In this document: positions 63,706 through 64,000 of the stretch, in pieces
Position numbering within the stretch: the first letter of the stretch is position 1
Layout of the letters: every line of letters begins with the position of its first letter
Source: Chiloscyllium plagiosum
Taxonomy: Eukaryota
Assembly: GCF_004010195.1 (NCBI RefSeq)
Contig: NC_057744.1
Location: 14,171,839 to 14,235,838 of the forward strand
DNA length: 64,000 bases
Direction of reading: 5' to 3'
Notes under the pieces: model-generated
What the model was told of the DNA's origin: nothing
The model's input: only the letters and a program-made list of their open reading frames with translations
The model's database searches: none
Position numbers and translations under genes: made by a program

Positions 63706-64000
63706 AGCCAGTTCAGCCTCTCGGTATTGCTCAGGCCCTCTAATCCAGATAGTAATGAAAATGAATGATAATGAGTAAATGCTTAAGGCTTTTCTATCTT
63801 TGATTTCTTATTTATTCAAATTATGTTTGTGATCTGATGAGGAATTTATAATTCAAATGAATTCAGATTACTTTTGCTTTCTTCCACTATGATGGTCCAT
63901 TTTTGGCCAAATTCAGACATGCATATTAACTCTCCAAAAATTATTCAGATAAAAATTGATTCCATGACTTTATCTGACAACCATGGTCTAAAGATGTGAT

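Overview
Eukaryotic (vertebrate) genomic DNA. The repeat content (HER1/CR1-type LINEs, HE1/V-SINE-type SINEs, Penelope derivatives) points to a cartilaginous fish, probably a shark. The window holds two intact, tandem, same-strand HSPA8/Hsc70-type genes, each with 8 coding exons. Copy A (CDS 9279-19972, 645 aa) has long TE-containing introns, two large heat-shock-element arrays, GGMP repeats and no visible snoRNA. Copy B (CDS 27286-30748, 643 aa) is compact, has a CpG-rich promoter, lacks GGMP and hosts two U14/SNORD14 snoRNAs in introns 7 and 8. The copies are an exon-by-exon mosaic: by hand count exons 5 and 7 are ~99-99.8% identical while exon 6 between them differs at ~20% of positions, suggesting repeated, patchy gene conversion. 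From ~44.9 kb a third + strand gene begins at a ZNF143/BANP/YY1-type promoter. Nine phase-compatible coding exons (~282 codons) can be assembled by hand, it runs out of the window, and I cannot name it. Several Penelope-derived elements with inverted ends and target-site duplications carry minimal type I hammerhead-ribozyme motifs (best at 3379-3413 and 60162-60196, minus strand). The rest is mostly decayed LINEs and SINEs. All alignments and counts were done by eye.
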